Positions 1 through 12,249 of a DNA stretch of 64,000 bases are shown piece by piece. Position numbers and translations under genes: made by a program. The stretch comes from Camelus ferus. Lineage: Eukaryota. The notes beneath the pieces were generated by a model. The model did no database searches and had not been told where the DNA came from. It saw only the letters and a program-made list of their open reading frames with translations. Position 1 is the first letter of the stretch, and each line of letters opens with the position of its first letter. Location of the stretch: assembly GCF_009834535.1 (NCBI RefSeq), contig NC_045697.1, positions 73,968,001 to 74,032,000 on the forward strand, given 5' to 3'.

Positions 1-605
1 AAGAGACAGGCAGGTAAAAGCCCACTGACTTGATAGATTCCATCGTTGTATTAAATAAATGCTATTTGATAGCAATCAAATATGTGTCCCATTTCTAACT
101 GAAGTGGGTTTTTTCCTTAAAAGTGCTGGTAGGTCTTTCATATGTAAAGCTCATTTGTAATTATGATAAAAATTTTGTATAGTGACAGCTCATGTCTCAA
201 ATGCTAAAAAGATAATTTGTAAATCAGAAGTAGGCAAATAATCTCTCTTACCCCAAAGGTGCACATGCAATTTCTTAACTAGGAAGCATCAACATCCCGT
301 GCAATGCAAAGTCCCAGGCTAGTCCAGGTTGGTGTAGAACTTGGATAAGAGGAAGTTTGCAGGGGTTTACTCCTGTTTCTTTTCTTTTTTTTTTTTTAAC
401 ATAATGCCATCATAAACCTTAGGAAGATAGACATTTGAGGCAGAAAATAACATTAAGTGCATTTTTAATAAAATCCACCACTGAAGTTGAGTTCGACGGG
501 GAATTAAGTGTAAACTATAATATGGTTGGTTGGTTGTTTCTTGTCCACTTCAATTGCAGTAACTCAGTGTATCTAATAAGTATTATTATTATTGTTATTG
601 ATTAA

Positions 606-748
606 ATTATATAACCTCTTTAAGCTTTGTTTAGACACTTGGTAAATGAGGGATAACACATTTGCTGCAAAGTCGTTGCGGAGATGAAATAAAATCATTT
701 ACATAAAATAGTGTGTAGCAGCATTCTCAGGACAGAGTAAGCACTCAG
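606..748 (+). mobile_element. MIR SINE fragment (3' half)
   Basis: Degenerate MIR pattern aacctct...aaatgagggataa...agtaagcactca; boundaries approximate. Confidence 0.6.
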
Positions 749-3539
749 GTGTAGCCTGTGCAGCCCACTTCCCGCCTCCTTCAATTCCACCCCAGGCAGT
801 GGGGCTGGTAGGAGGAGAGCCAGGATTCTCCCCTGCCTGCTCGTCACTCTCAACAGCCAAGCATTATTATGTGCCCAGTACTGCTGAGTTACAGAAAAGC
901 TACACCAGCGTCTGCCTTCAAAGACCTTTGTGCACAGTCAGGGTGACAGGCTTTGAGAGCGGCCCCCACCCCTGACCACATCCCTTCAGGGGTTTCTTCC
1001 TGCTCCTAAGGTCAAGTTCAACCTCCTGCCCAGGGCCTGCAGAAGCCTTTGTGATGGGTCTCTGCTTTGGGTTCTGGTCACATCTCTTGCATCTCTCTCC
1101 ACACTCCTCTGCCCCCATCTTTAGTCCCACCTTACACTCTAGTCATATCGAACTCTTTTTAGTTCCTCCACAGTGGCAACTCCTTGTGAAACTTCGACTC
1201 CTCCAACCTGGGTTGGCGTCCCTCCCCACAGCCCTCTCTCCCCTCTCACACCACTCACCAGGCTACAGCCGCTTGGCTTGCTTAGCTCGTCAAAGCAGGG
1301 ATGGGGGTCCTATGGGCCCTGGTTTCACTCCCCACCCACCACTTCCCACCCAATCTGGCATGTAAGAGGCATTCAAATGATATTAAATCACAATTCCCTG
1401 AAAGAACTGATTATGAAACTGCATTAAGACAAGGTTGCATAGGCTTGGAGCATGATGAAGGCTGTTGCTGTTAAGAAATGTGGAGCTCAAAGGAGGGAGA
1501 CCTAGAGGCTGAGCAGCCTGGGAAAGTGACACTTCAGCAACGTGGGAATACCCAAGGGCTTTCATAAGTAGCAAGGAAGGTGGGAAACTCAAGAGCAAAT
1601 CCTTGGACTTAAGAGGGGAAAAAAGGGACAAAACACAAAACGGAAGAAGAGCCAGAATCTACAAAATAATCCAGTTGATCTAAATATATTTCCTGGGTAC
1701 AAACTATGTTCAGGGCAATGTGGAAGATAAACAAAGCACAGGAAAGAACTGTCACCCTTCAGAGGCTGATGATGAGAGGTGGGATGTGTGGATGACAAAG
1801 TGGAAGTGGGAAATAATTAGGCACCAAATACGTGGTTAAACACGCCTCTGGATTATTCAAAGGAACCAGGGGGCACTGGGAGGGGCCGTTCCCAGGGAAG
1901 GCTGCGTACAAGAGGTGAGATGTGAGCGGGGCTTTGCAGGATGGAGGTGACGGGACAGAGAAATGCTGCCTGAAGGGCACTCTATTTTAGGAAGCTCCCT
2001 CCACAAATATTCGGATAGGACCCTTCTCCTCTGGACAGTATTCTTTTATAAATACCAAAGGTAAAAGGACTTGGAGGCAAGTGGGTAAAGCAGACACAAA
2101 TGTGGGCTTTCAAGAACCCTGAGTTTAATTCCCAGCTCTGTGCTTTGGGAACAATCTCCTCACCCTGTAAGTGGTGGTGGCAGCATGACTCTCACGAACG
2201 TGGCAGCAAGGATGTCGTGAGCTGAGCGCTGGAACGTGTCCCACAAGATGCCTGGTGCCGAGAAGCCTGGCTCTTCCAGACAATTCAGAGAGGCTGCGGG
2301 GAGGATGAACTTGTGCTCACCAGCTAAAGATCATTCTCCGAGACAAGAGGAAGTGGAGCAGAAAGGGGAGAGGCTGCAGAAAGGCGCTTTTGAAAGAGTT
2401 AGATCAGCAGAGGAAATAACACAGGCCACGGTCATAAAAGCCCGGAGAGTATGTTGTATCTTTAAAAGCAACAGAGATGAAGCAAAGCGTTGAACTGACA
2501 GAGGAAGCTGATGACACTGAGAGAGCTCAAGGCTTGAAATAAGAGAACTGGGAAAGGGGCCAGAGGACAGAGGGCATGCATTTTCCCCCGAAACTGGGGA
2601 AGTGAAAGATCCAAACCAAGAGTTAAGTCCTGGCTAATTCTGTAAAATCAGCAAATACAGCTTTTTAAAAGACAAAACAAAACCAAAAATTGAAGTAAAA
2701 GGAGAATGGACATTTGAGGGGTATCCTGTCCCACAAAAGGACAGGTCATGGTGAGCAGCAAGGAAGAGGGGAGAGCACAGCCTTTGCTAGTGTCAGACAG
2801 ATGTCTCTACCCTCACTCACCGGTATCTTCTACAAATGAGCACAAAAGCAGGAGTCACAGCGAGCCTGCAGTATTTCAGGCCCACCAAATGGAGAAGGAC
2901 AAATGTTGGCCTAAGGAAAATCTAACAGGAGGAAAAAAAGAAAAAAAGAAAAACCTGCATCATTCTGAATGGTGTGTTAAAAACAGCTGGGAAGTAAACA
3001 CAGTAAATCCCAGGCTGGGAGAGCTTGCCTCTGGAGAAAAGTTCCACAAATGCAGCTCACCACTTGACAGAGGAACCTAGTTCTCAGCTGGGCCAATTCA
3101 ACCAAGGTCACCACCTCCTACACAGATACAGAGAACAGCTGGCATGGAGCTGACCTCTCGCTAGGTCTGTGACCCATGACTGTTGGGCCCAAAGACACAG
3201 GACATGGCTGTAGACAATCCTTCCTGACTTTATCCTGAGGCTGAAATCCAGAACATACAGGCCGGGATCCAGGTATTCTTCCTCTCTTCCTTGGCTCTGG
3301 GTCCCTGAGTCAGCCCTGGTGACGAGAGGACAAAGACTCAAAGGGTCAGTGTACACACATTTCAAGACAGCAAAGAGGTCCTGGGAAGCTGTCCAATCGC
3401 ACGGTGAAGATGGCTGAAAGACAGCCATCTCCAAATCAGTACCAGCCCCGCTTTCCCCTCTGGCTTTACCTAAATGCATATTCATTTTAAAACAGTTTCT
3501 TAAAGGAATCCCATGTGGAGAAGATAAATGAGAGTGGCA

Positions 3540-3776
3540 GTCAATGTAAGCACGGGCATGGCTGACTGTGGGGCCCGAGTTCAAATGAGGGTTTCATCAA
3601 TTATGAACCTGTAATTAACTAGCAAGCTAGTTAACTTCTTCATGTTTGAGTTTCTTTACCAAGAAAGTGGGGAGAATGATACCCACAGCTCAGGAAACTG
3701 TTGAAAGGGTTAAGTAAGATCATTCATGAATGTCAGTTCTCAGCATAGTGTCTGTCCCTGTGTGCTCACTAAATGG
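3540..3776 (+). mobile_element. MIR SINE
   Basis: gagttcaaat...gcaag..ttaactt...agtttct...aaagtggggagaatgata...agcatagtgtctg follows MIR consensus order. Confidence 0.7.
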
Positions 3777-3889
3777 TGCTGAGAGAAGGTTATTATTCTG
3801 TAAACCTGGGATTTCACCCGACATTGACTAATTTCAGACTAAAATGTTTTTAAAGTTTCAAAAGGTAACACAGTTCAACTAGAACTTCA

Positions 3890-4230
3890 CTCAGCAGCAT
3901 AGATGAATCTCACAAAATGTTGAACAGCAATAACAAAAAAGCCAAAAACCAAAAAGGACTTATTACACTATTTAATCCATAGAAAGTTCAAAGATAGGCA
4001 AGACAAATCCATGATATTAAGAAAGCAGGGTGGTTGTTACCCTTCAGAGAGAAGGCAGAGGGTTAGTGGTGTGTACTGATTGTCAGAGGGTGTTTTCTTT
4101 CTGTATCTAGAAGCTGGTTACATCTGTATCTGAGAGCAGGTTACAGGATGTGTCCATGCGGGAGCTCACTGACCTATATACTTAGGACGGATGCCCTTCT
4201 CTGCATGTATACTTCATTATAAAGTTCACT
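3890..4230 (+). mobile_element. Old L1 (L1ME/MD-type) 3' end
   Basis: gcagcatagatgaatctcacaaaatgttg...aagttcaaagataggcaagacaaatc...tgcatgtatacttcat typical of ancient L1 3' UTR; has a ~23-bp internal tandem duplication at ~4100-4145. Confidence 0.7.
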
Positions 4231-4240
4231 AAACAAAACT

Positions 4241-4355
4241 TTGGGGGCGGGGGTAATTAGATTTATTTACTTATTTATTTAATGGAGGAACTGGGGATTG
4301 AACCCAGGACCTCATGCATGTTAAGCACATACCCTACCACTGTAACATCCTCCCC
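4241..4355 (-). mobile_element. tRNA-derived SINE, camelid Vic-1 type
   Basis: Reverse complement reads ggggaggatgttacagtggtag...gaggtcctgggttcaatccccag..cctcc + A-rich + ctaattaccccc tail; pol III B box GGTTCAATCC. Confidence 0.85.
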
Positions 4356-4430
4356 TAAATAAAATTTTTAAATGGTTTTAAAAGTTCTCTTTTTTTCTCT
4401 CATATACTATAGGAAACTGGCTCCTCACAG

Positions 4431-4535
4431 TCACTCATTCATTCCACAAATACTTCTTGAAAACCTACTATGTGCCAGGCAGCATTCCAGATGCAGGGGA
4501 TACAAGAGCAAACAAGACAGAGATCCTGCTTTTAG
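4431..4535 (-). mobile_element. L2 3' end
   Basis: cattcattc..caaata...cctactatgtgccaggca...ggggataca..aacaagacag is the characteristic antisense L2 terminus. Confidence 0.75.
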
Positions 4536-5001
4536 CTACAAAGGAATCTTCCTTTTTCAGGGAGGGCAGAAGGCTCGGTACGGTAGAGCGGGAAGAAGAA
4601 TCCCGGCTAAAACACCTATTAATTTCCAGTTTCCTCATGAAGCAAATGGGCATGATAACTGTCTTGCCTTCTTTACAGAGAATCTTTGTATATTTTTACC
4701 CAGACCAGGTAAGGAGAAAAACCTTTCCCCTGGTATCTCATAAAGAACACAAGAGGATCACGTGAATAACACCTGCAATGAAGTCCTCATAGCAGAGGTT
4801 AGAACAGCTTCTCCCAACCCCAAATATGGCTCTCTAGATCCTCTTTATTTTGCCTTCTAATGGGGGTTTCTAATTTCATTCATGGTTTCAAAATTCCAAA
4901 ATCTGGGAGAGTGCCTAAGAGTAACTTCAGTGGTGAGGTAACTCAAAATATCAATTTCCATTAATACTCCCCCAAAGTGAAGTCTTAACACCTAAGATGA
5001 A

Positions 5002-7121
5002 GAGTGATGTCAACAAAATTGTGGACTAGGAATCTCCAAGCCCTTACTTTCCCACAGAAACATCACACACACACACATACACACGCTAAAATAACCTTAT
5101 AGGAGTGCTAGAATAAAGAAGTCAAAAGTCTACCAGCAACCAAGAGGACACCCAATCAAGAAAAAGCCACATGAAAAATGGTAGGAACCTTTGTGCTATT
5201 TTACTTGCCTTCGCTCCACCACCTCCTGGGCAAGGCAGAGTCTGAGGGAGGCAGTGTTAGTCTAGAAAAGGCCACATCTCAGTTTCCAACTCCTTCCCAT
5301 GAGCCAGTGGGTCAGAGCAGATCTTATCTGCAATGTTCTAGCCTGTCTGGCATCCGCCTGAATGCCTAGTCTCTGTTTCATCCAACTTAGAGCTCAGGTG
5401 GGGAGAAGGAATGGGAGTCAGTCAAGAAAGCTACAAGGCGACTGAGACCAGTAGGTGTCCAGAGTAAGAGGTGACTGATGGAGACATACAACAGACCATC
5501 AGTAGCCCTGCTGAGAAGCTGGGTGAGACACTGTGGAGAAGTAAAACATTCAAAAGCAGCCTTGTATGTGTGTGTGTTGAGGGCAGCGGGTGGGTGATTA
5601 AAAAAATTACACACGGGCCTAGACCAAACTCATGCTCAGAAAAGTCCTTAAGTTTTCCACTCAGGCTTATCCCAAGGCCCAGAGCACACCTAGCTAATTA
5701 GTAAAGGACTACCCTAGCATGGAGCCAGTCTACAAAGACTGGGAGAGACTGCTATTTTTCCAAATGCTTGATTTTCAACAATAAAAAAAAAAATCACAAG
5801 GTACACAAAGAAACAGGAAAATACGGTCCATTCCAAAGAAGAAAATAAACTGACAGAAAGCATCCCTAAAGAAGCACAGGCATCAGATTTACTAGACAAA
5901 ACATTTAAAACTAGCTTACTCAACAACAAAACACACAACCCAGTTACAAAATGATGAAGGACCTGAATGAACATTTCTCTGAGGAGATGTACAAAAGACC
6001 AGTAGACATGAAAAGATGTTCAACATCAGTAATCATTACAGAAACGCAAGTCAGCCACAATGACATGGTAACACCTCACACTCATCAGGATTTCCACAAG
6101 TGTGCAGGTGAGGAATGAAGAAAGTAGAACTCTCATGCATTGCTGGTGGGAATGTAAAATGGTTCAGTGTGGAATGGTTTCTTGAAAAATCAAACACAGA
6201 ATTACCATATCATCTAGCAATTTCACTTTGGGGTGCATACCCAAAATAAGTGAAAGCAGAGACTCAGATATACGTACGCCCATGTTCTTAGGCATCGTTA
6301 TTCACAAGAGGTGGAAGCAGCCCTAATATCCACTGACAGATGAATGGTATTATGGATCAAATATCTGTGCCCTCCTCCAAAGTTCATATGTTGAAATCCT
6401 AACCCCTGCAATGTGATGGTATTAGGAGGTGGGTCTTTGGGGAGGTAATTAGGGCATGATGATGGACCCCTCATGAATGAGATTAGTGTCCTCATCAGAA
6501 GAGACACAAGAGCTGGCTCCCTCTCTGCTCTGCACCACGTGAGGATACAGCAAGGAGAGCCAGCTGCAAACCAGGAAGAAGATTTTGCCCAGGATCTACT
6601 GGGCCCTTGATCTCTGATTCCCAGCATAAGAAATATATGTGTATTGTTTTAGCTACCCAGCCTAAGGTAGTTTGTTACAGCAGCCCAAACTGACTAAGAC
6701 AAATGGAAAAACAAAGTATAGTACATACACATGCAATGGAATATTATTCAGCCACAAAGGAATAATTTTGAGACATGCTACAACATGGATAAACCTTGAA
6801 AACATTATGCTAAGTGAAATAAGCCAGACACAAAAAAGACATGTTGTATGATTTCTCTTATATGAGGCACCTAGAGGAGTCAGATTTACAGAGACAGAAA
6901 ATTGAACAGTTGCTGCCAGAGTTGGGAGTAGAGGAAAATGGGGAGTTAGTGTTTAATGGGAATAGAATTTCAGTTTGGGAAACTTGAAAAATTTCTGGAA
7001 ATGGATAATGGAGATGGTCACATAACATGTGAATGTACTAAATGCCACTGAACTATATACCTAAAAATTGTTAAAATGGTAAATTTTATGTCACGTATAA
7101 TCACAATCAAAATAAAAAAAT
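5002..7121 (+). mobile_element. Internally deleted L1 (5' UTR + ORF1 start fused to ORF2 C-terminus + L1MB-type 3' UTR)
   Basis: 5' end gagtgatgtcaacaaaattgtggactaggaa; ORF1-start-like 5790-5915; ORF2-end sequence from ~5920; A tail ~7105-7121; TSD aacacctaagatgaa (4987-5001) / aaaacctaagttgaa (7122-7136). Confidence 0.8.
6348..6701 (+). mobile_element. MaLR solo LTR (MLT1A-type) nested in L1
   Basis: ttcatatgttgaaatcctaacccc..aatgtgatggtattaggaggtggg...gactaagaca; exact 5-bp TSD AATGG at 6343-6347 and 6702-6706; host L1 resumes in register. Confidence 0.9.
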
Positions 7122-7227
7122 AAAACCTAAGTTGAAAATGTGGACTTTAACATATGTGATTTTAAGAAAAGTCAGTCCCTTTGCGTCCCCTTCTAAACAT
7201 TACCTCCTGAAGCCCTTCCAATGTTTT

Positions 7228-7326
7228 TCATTTATTTATACCTTCAACAAATATTTATTGAATATCAATCATGTGCCAGGTCCTGGTCTAGACACTGGAG
7301 ATATACCAGTTTAGAAACAAAACAGG
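7228..7326 (-). mobile_element. L2 3' end
   Basis: ttcaacaaatatttattga...atgtgccagg..ctggtctagacactggagata. Confidence 0.75.
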
Positions 7327-7332
7327 CGGGGA

Positions 7333-7512
7333 GGGGGAAGGGTATAGCTCAGTGGTAGAGCACATGCCTGGCATGTATGAGGTCCTGGGTTCAATACCCA
7401 GTATCTCCATTAAAAAAAATAACCATTTCAATTAAAAAAATGCAAATTTTAAAAATATATAAATAAACCTAATTATGCACACCCCGCCCCCCAAAAAAAT
7501 TAAAAACAAAAA
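7333..7512 (+). mobile_element. tRNA-derived SINE, Vic-1 type
   Basis: ggggaagggtatagctcagtggtagag (A box)...gaggtcctgggttcaatacc (B box), expanded AT-rich middle, aacctaatta..cccc, A tail. Confidence 0.9.
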
Positions 7513-7967
7513 ACACCTCTGTGCTCTTGGGGCACCTGCATCATAGTCATCAGGAATTCCGGAGCTACTGATGCCTGAAGTCAACCTCCACTGTGCTCTG
7601 GGGCAGTCAGCTCCGCACAGGCAAGGATTTTCATGGCAAAGATGTCAAATAATGGCCTTCAATATCAATTCAGTTGAGCATCTATAAGACGCCAGTCTTT
7701 GTGGAAGAACCGCAAAGAGCCCTGGAGGTAAAGATAAACATGACTGGACCCTGCCTCCTACAGGCGTCCTTGCGAGTACAGCAGCAGGTGGAGAGCATCT
7801 CCACGGAGCACTTCCGTGCCTGTGGATGGGGAGGACTCTGCTGGCCAGTCACAGTATTTTCAGGCCAAGGTACAGAACTTCCCAAAGGCCCTGCTTTCAT
7901 CTCCAGGTAGGCTGTGATGTCCCTTGTCTATTTGCAGCTTAGGAAGTTATAAGCTTAGTAAAGATAT

Positions 7968-8190
7968 TAGTAATCACTAACCTTCATAGACAATTTCCCC
8001 ATGGGCCAAAGATTGATCTAAGTGCCTTATGTGGATAAACTTTCATTCCTCATTAATCACCATTTAAGGGAAGTCCTGTTATTAGCTCCATTTTATAGTT
8101 GAGAAAACTGAGACAAAGAACTGAAATCATTTTCTCCAGATCGCAGAGCTGAGACGTGACTCCAGAGCCTGGATGAAAGGAAGGCAGATG
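7968..8190 (-). mobile_element. MIR SINE
   Basis: ctaagtgccttatgtggataa...ccattttatagttgagaaaactgagac antisense MIR core. Confidence 0.75.
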
Positions 8191-9339
8191 CGAGGAATTC
8201 TCTTTTATCTGGATCTCTGGCCGACCAATCAAAACAGCCATAGGTTCAGCAGCTCAGCCCTTTGCCCAGCTGTCTATTTATGACTAGAGCTCCCAGGGGG
8301 CCACATGTAAAATTACCCTTATCCAGGACTGCCAGTGGAGTCCTGTGGGTTGTGTCTGGGCTCCATTAAGAAATACTGCCCCCTCTTCCTTTGTTCCCTG
8401 GCAAAGGGATCTGGATCAGAGAGAGGGAGAGGGGAAGGGAAAGACAAAATGTCTCAGATCCAATGACACCACTTAGAACACTGAGTTTACATCACATCCA
8501 CCTAACCCCCAGGTGGGCCTTGCATGTCTGACTCTCTAAGAGAGCTGGTGGAAAACAGCACCCCGTGATGTGGTGTCACAACACCTGGGACCCTGCTCTA
8601 GTCAGTGCTTCCAGCTCTGAATGACAAAAGCCAAACAGTGTGGGTGTAGGTGGGCGTGCGTCTGGTTCCAAGCACACGCCAGCAGCTGATGTCACAGAGC
8701 CTCGCCTACCCCTTGGTATATTAAATGATGAATCACCCGCTCTCATGGTAACCATTCATAACCAGAATGTGAGCAGAGGGAAAACCCCCAGGGCTGCACA
8801 GAATGACACTCTGAAACGGAAGGACAGAAAGACGCCCAGAAGCCGCTCTCTGAATCTCATCATGAGATATTTCAGAGAAAAGAGGGCTGTTCAGCTCTGA
8901 GTCACTATTAATGTGAGCCATCTGGAAACAGAAAGAATGACTCAAGAGAGCCCTGCCATCCTGGAAATGGGGTCATAGAGTAGGGGGTGGGGAAGGGCTG
9001 TGGGTGAGGCTGTCAGAGGGAGGAAGCAAGACCGGAGAACCACGTTTGCTCAAAGTCGATGCTCTAGCTCAAGTATTCCATGATGAGCACGGTACTCCAG
9101 GGAGGGCCAAGACTCAAAAGTGGCAGAGGTCCATCTACCTCAGAGTTGCACACAGACTGAGCCCAGAAATGAAAGAACTTGACCTTACAATGGGGTGTTG
9201 TATAGCATCTACATTTGATCATCAGAGAGAGGAAAACTGAACCGGGCTAAGGCCAGAAAAACCCTCCACCTGCTTTCTCTTAAATCATATACGTGGATTT
9301 AATGTACCAGTTATGGCTGCCAGGATTACTGAGGGAGCT

Positions 9340-9496
9340 GGGGAGGGAAGAAGTGGTGGGAAAGGAGAAGGGCTGAGGGAGAGAGAGGGGGAGGGAGGAG
9401 GAGGGAGGGGGAGGGAGGGGGGAGGGAGGAGGAGGGAGGGGGAGGGATGGGGAGGGAGAGAGGGGGAGGGGAAGTGGAGGGGGGAGGGGGAGAGAG
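9340..9496 (+). repeat. G-rich polypurine low-complexity tract (GGGA/GGA)n
   Basis: ~155 bp almost entirely G/A with many G3-G6 runs. Confidence 0.95.
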
Positions 9497-9789
9497 TTGT
9501 GTGTAGAGAGATACAACTCCTTTTACCCACCAGGAAGCCAGAAAATTAAAACTTCCCATTAGGAAAAGCGTTCCTCTCCATCCTTCCCTCTCCTCCCTCT
9601 TTCTCTCACTCTCTCCACTCTGTTTGAAAATGTTGTAAAGTCTGGCTTGCCAGTAGAAAAGCTGTTGGAGAAACCCCTCCTTGGTACTGACTAGACCTCC
9701 TAGAAAATGTGTCACCGATGGTCTTCTTGGGACCCGGGGGAAAGACTCACTTGCTGTAAGAGGACGAGCCTGGTCTCAAAAGAAAGACC

Positions 9790-9963
9790 ATGAGCTTTTC
9801 AGTTAGACAGATCTGGCTTCAGATTCTGGTTCTGCCAGGTCTGAACTCAGACAAGTTACTTGGCCTTTCTGAGCCTTACTGCCCTCCCTCAGAGAGAGGG
9901 CTCATGACGGCTATCTTGCAGATGAATTACCAGAATTAAATGAGAGGATGTTTGTGAAGCACA
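9790..9963 (+). mobile_element. MIR SINE
   Basis: agttagacagatctggcttcagattctggttctgcca...caagttactt..ctttctgagcct...attaaatgag. Confidence 0.75.
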
Positions 9964-10744
9964 ATACGTCATCTTTATTTCGGAAGTTTATTTCTGAGAC
10001 CAAATAAAGCCTCCTTCGCCTTCCTTTCCTGCCCCGCATTCCACGCCACCAAAGAACACTCAGAACCAAATAGAAAGCTTAGCCTAGACTTAATACATTC
10101 ACACTTAGTGTGTTTCTGGTTTGTTCATATCTTTCCCCACTAGGAAAAATTAAGTGTGATACAGGAGGAAAGAGAGACGGGGGTGAGCACACCTCTATTT
10201 CACTGTGTAGGTTCTGTTCCAGGGTGCTCTGCCTGGAGCCTCTCAGGTTGCCAGGAGTTTTCCTCTTGGGATGTGGAGGACAAACTGGACTGACCAGGGC
10301 ATTCATTTGCAGTGTAGATTAACCCCTTCGCATTTTCACTTGACCTCTCCCCAAATGGGCCTGAGCACATTCACACCACTACAAAGTTGCACCAACATCC
10401 TCCTGAGCCCCGGGAGGGCTGCAACACCATCGCAAAGAGCCTCCAGCACTTTTTGGACAAGATGAAAACTGTCTGATATCAATCATCCCCTTGAAACTCC
10501 ATGGCAACTGTTTCCTACAATTATGTCACTTACAGGTAGAGAAGCACATTGTCTACCAGTACGGATAGTCCTGTATTTTTTTTATACTTAATCTGTAGGG
10601 GCAAAATGGAAATGAAAGACAATGGCAGAGGGAGGGAGATCATACTCCTGGTTCTCTGAAAGAGGTAGCATGGAGTCAAGGGCCTGGAACACACAGAGCC
10701 GTAAACCTAATAACCTGTTTCATTTTCTATGAGTTGATGACAGC

Positions 10745-11758
10745 CAGGGCGGGTTTCATGCGCATGAAACCAGCGCAGTCACATAAGGTTCCAACTTCAG
10801 ATGGTCCCCTACTTAGGGTTTAATGCTCTCGCTGTCACTCTTTTGAAAGTCTTAAAAACTTTCTTTATGTACTTTTTGTAAATGAAGTCTGATGGGACAA
10901 TGGCAAATGAGCTGAGGCTTGCAGCCTGGCTCATGCCACATCCCATGGATGGTACTGGTGCCCAGGCTCCACCCAGCCTCCCGCCTGCCCCTGCCCTGTG
11001 ACCGCAGCTGCTCTCTATCCCAGGCAGGGTGTGGAGGAGGATTTGGGTCAGCCAAGCATGCCAGGTGGCATCTCAGGGCAGAACACGAATGAGGCTGGCA
11101 GCATCTCAGCAAGGGAGGCTCCTCACACATTCATCCCTGATGCAGGTACCACGCTGCTACCGGAGTGGAGGCTTAAAGATTCTTGGGTACTCTCCTGGGT
11201 GTCACTGCAGAAAGATGCTCCTAGCTCAATTTCCCCAGACCCAGCCCTCAGCCAAGGCACAGCCCAGAGATCTGGCTGCTGGTAGGAAGACAAACAGGTC
11301 TGTGTGGCAGAGCATGGCCCTCGGGTACCTGTGAGGATCTACACCTGCCCCTCCTGTATCCCTGTGAACTGGGAGGAACCCTCTCGCCCTCCTTCCAACC
11401 TTCCTGAGTCTGAATTGTGTTTCCCTTACCTGGCCAGTTTGAAGAACTCGTTGAAGGAATGAGCCACAAAATTCAAACTGTATAATTTCAGTGATTCTGC
11501 ATGAGTAAGATACTCTGATATTTGCATTTTAAATGAGCATTGTGCAATATAAAGTTCAAGGGTAAAATTCATGGTAATAATTCCAGATTCTCATTCTTCT
11601 TAACTCAGAACAACAGTAAACAGCAAATTGAAAACAACTTGCCAAGTCATGGAAGTTCATATGAACCCTTTATGGGCAATTCTTTTCCTATTTATTTTAA
11701 CTCTGGAACCCCACATTTTCATGTTACACCAAGTCCAACAAATTATGTAGCCACTCTC
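10745..11758 (+). mobile_element. hAT-Tip100 non-autonomous DNA transposon, MER45 family (long B/C-type, ~1 kb)
   Basis: Left end cagggcgggtttcatg..gcagtcaca...ggtttaatgctct and right end ccccacattttcat...caaattatgtagcc match recalled MER45 termini; length suggests a long variant. Confidence 0.75.
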
Positions 11759-11848
11759 ATTAGCTCATTCAGTTAATAAAGATATACTGAAGTCCTTTTA
11801 AGTGTAAGTATAATTCATCCTAAGATCTCCTTAGAAAAAGTACTTTTC

Positions 11849-12235
11849 TACTAATCTTGGAGAGTCTCCCAGAGAGACAAGAGGCAACTGGGACTCCCCC
11901 TGGGGACATAGATGCTGGTGGCAGCCATTTTGGGGAGCTCATTCTACCATGAGGATGCTGGTGCTGGCAAGTGCCATTTTGGATTCCTTCCTCTAGCCTA
12001 TTACCCCTGAGGGACTTACCTGCTCATCAGCTGGTACTGACGAGCTAGGTGCTGACCTAGGATCATCTGAGCCCCACAGCCAGCTGCCCTGGGACCCCCA
12101 TGGGTCCACAGGCAGCCATTCCAGGACCCAGCCCCTCCTACCAGTAGGCCTGAAACAGTCCCTAAAGGTGAAAATAGATGCTCTCCTGCCCTTCACAGAA
12201 AAGGTCTGCCAAGCCCTGAGTTAAATCATCAGGTG
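11849..12235 (+). mobile_element. L1 5' UTR fragment (cetartiodactyl-type)
   Basis: ctaatcttggagagtctccc...ggcagccattttggggagctcattctaccatgagga resembles artiodactyl L1 5' UTR; abuts an ORF2 fragment. Confidence 0.55.
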
Positions 12236-12249
12236 TCAAGAAAGCTGGA

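Noticed and set aside
3108..3584. Longest ORF in the track (158 aa)
   Set aside because: Starts within a MIR, no recognisable domain, composition typical of a chance ORF.
7333..7410. tRNA gene (also the other GGTATAGCTCAGTGGTAGAG...GGTTCAATCC copies)
   Set aside because: A/B boxes belong to tRNA-derived SINEs: divergent copies, A-rich tails, TSDs and no intact cloverleaf.
9280..9715. Pro-rich and Gly/Glu/Arg-rich ORFs
   Set aside because: Open only because the GGGA tract lacks stop codons; low-complexity artefact.
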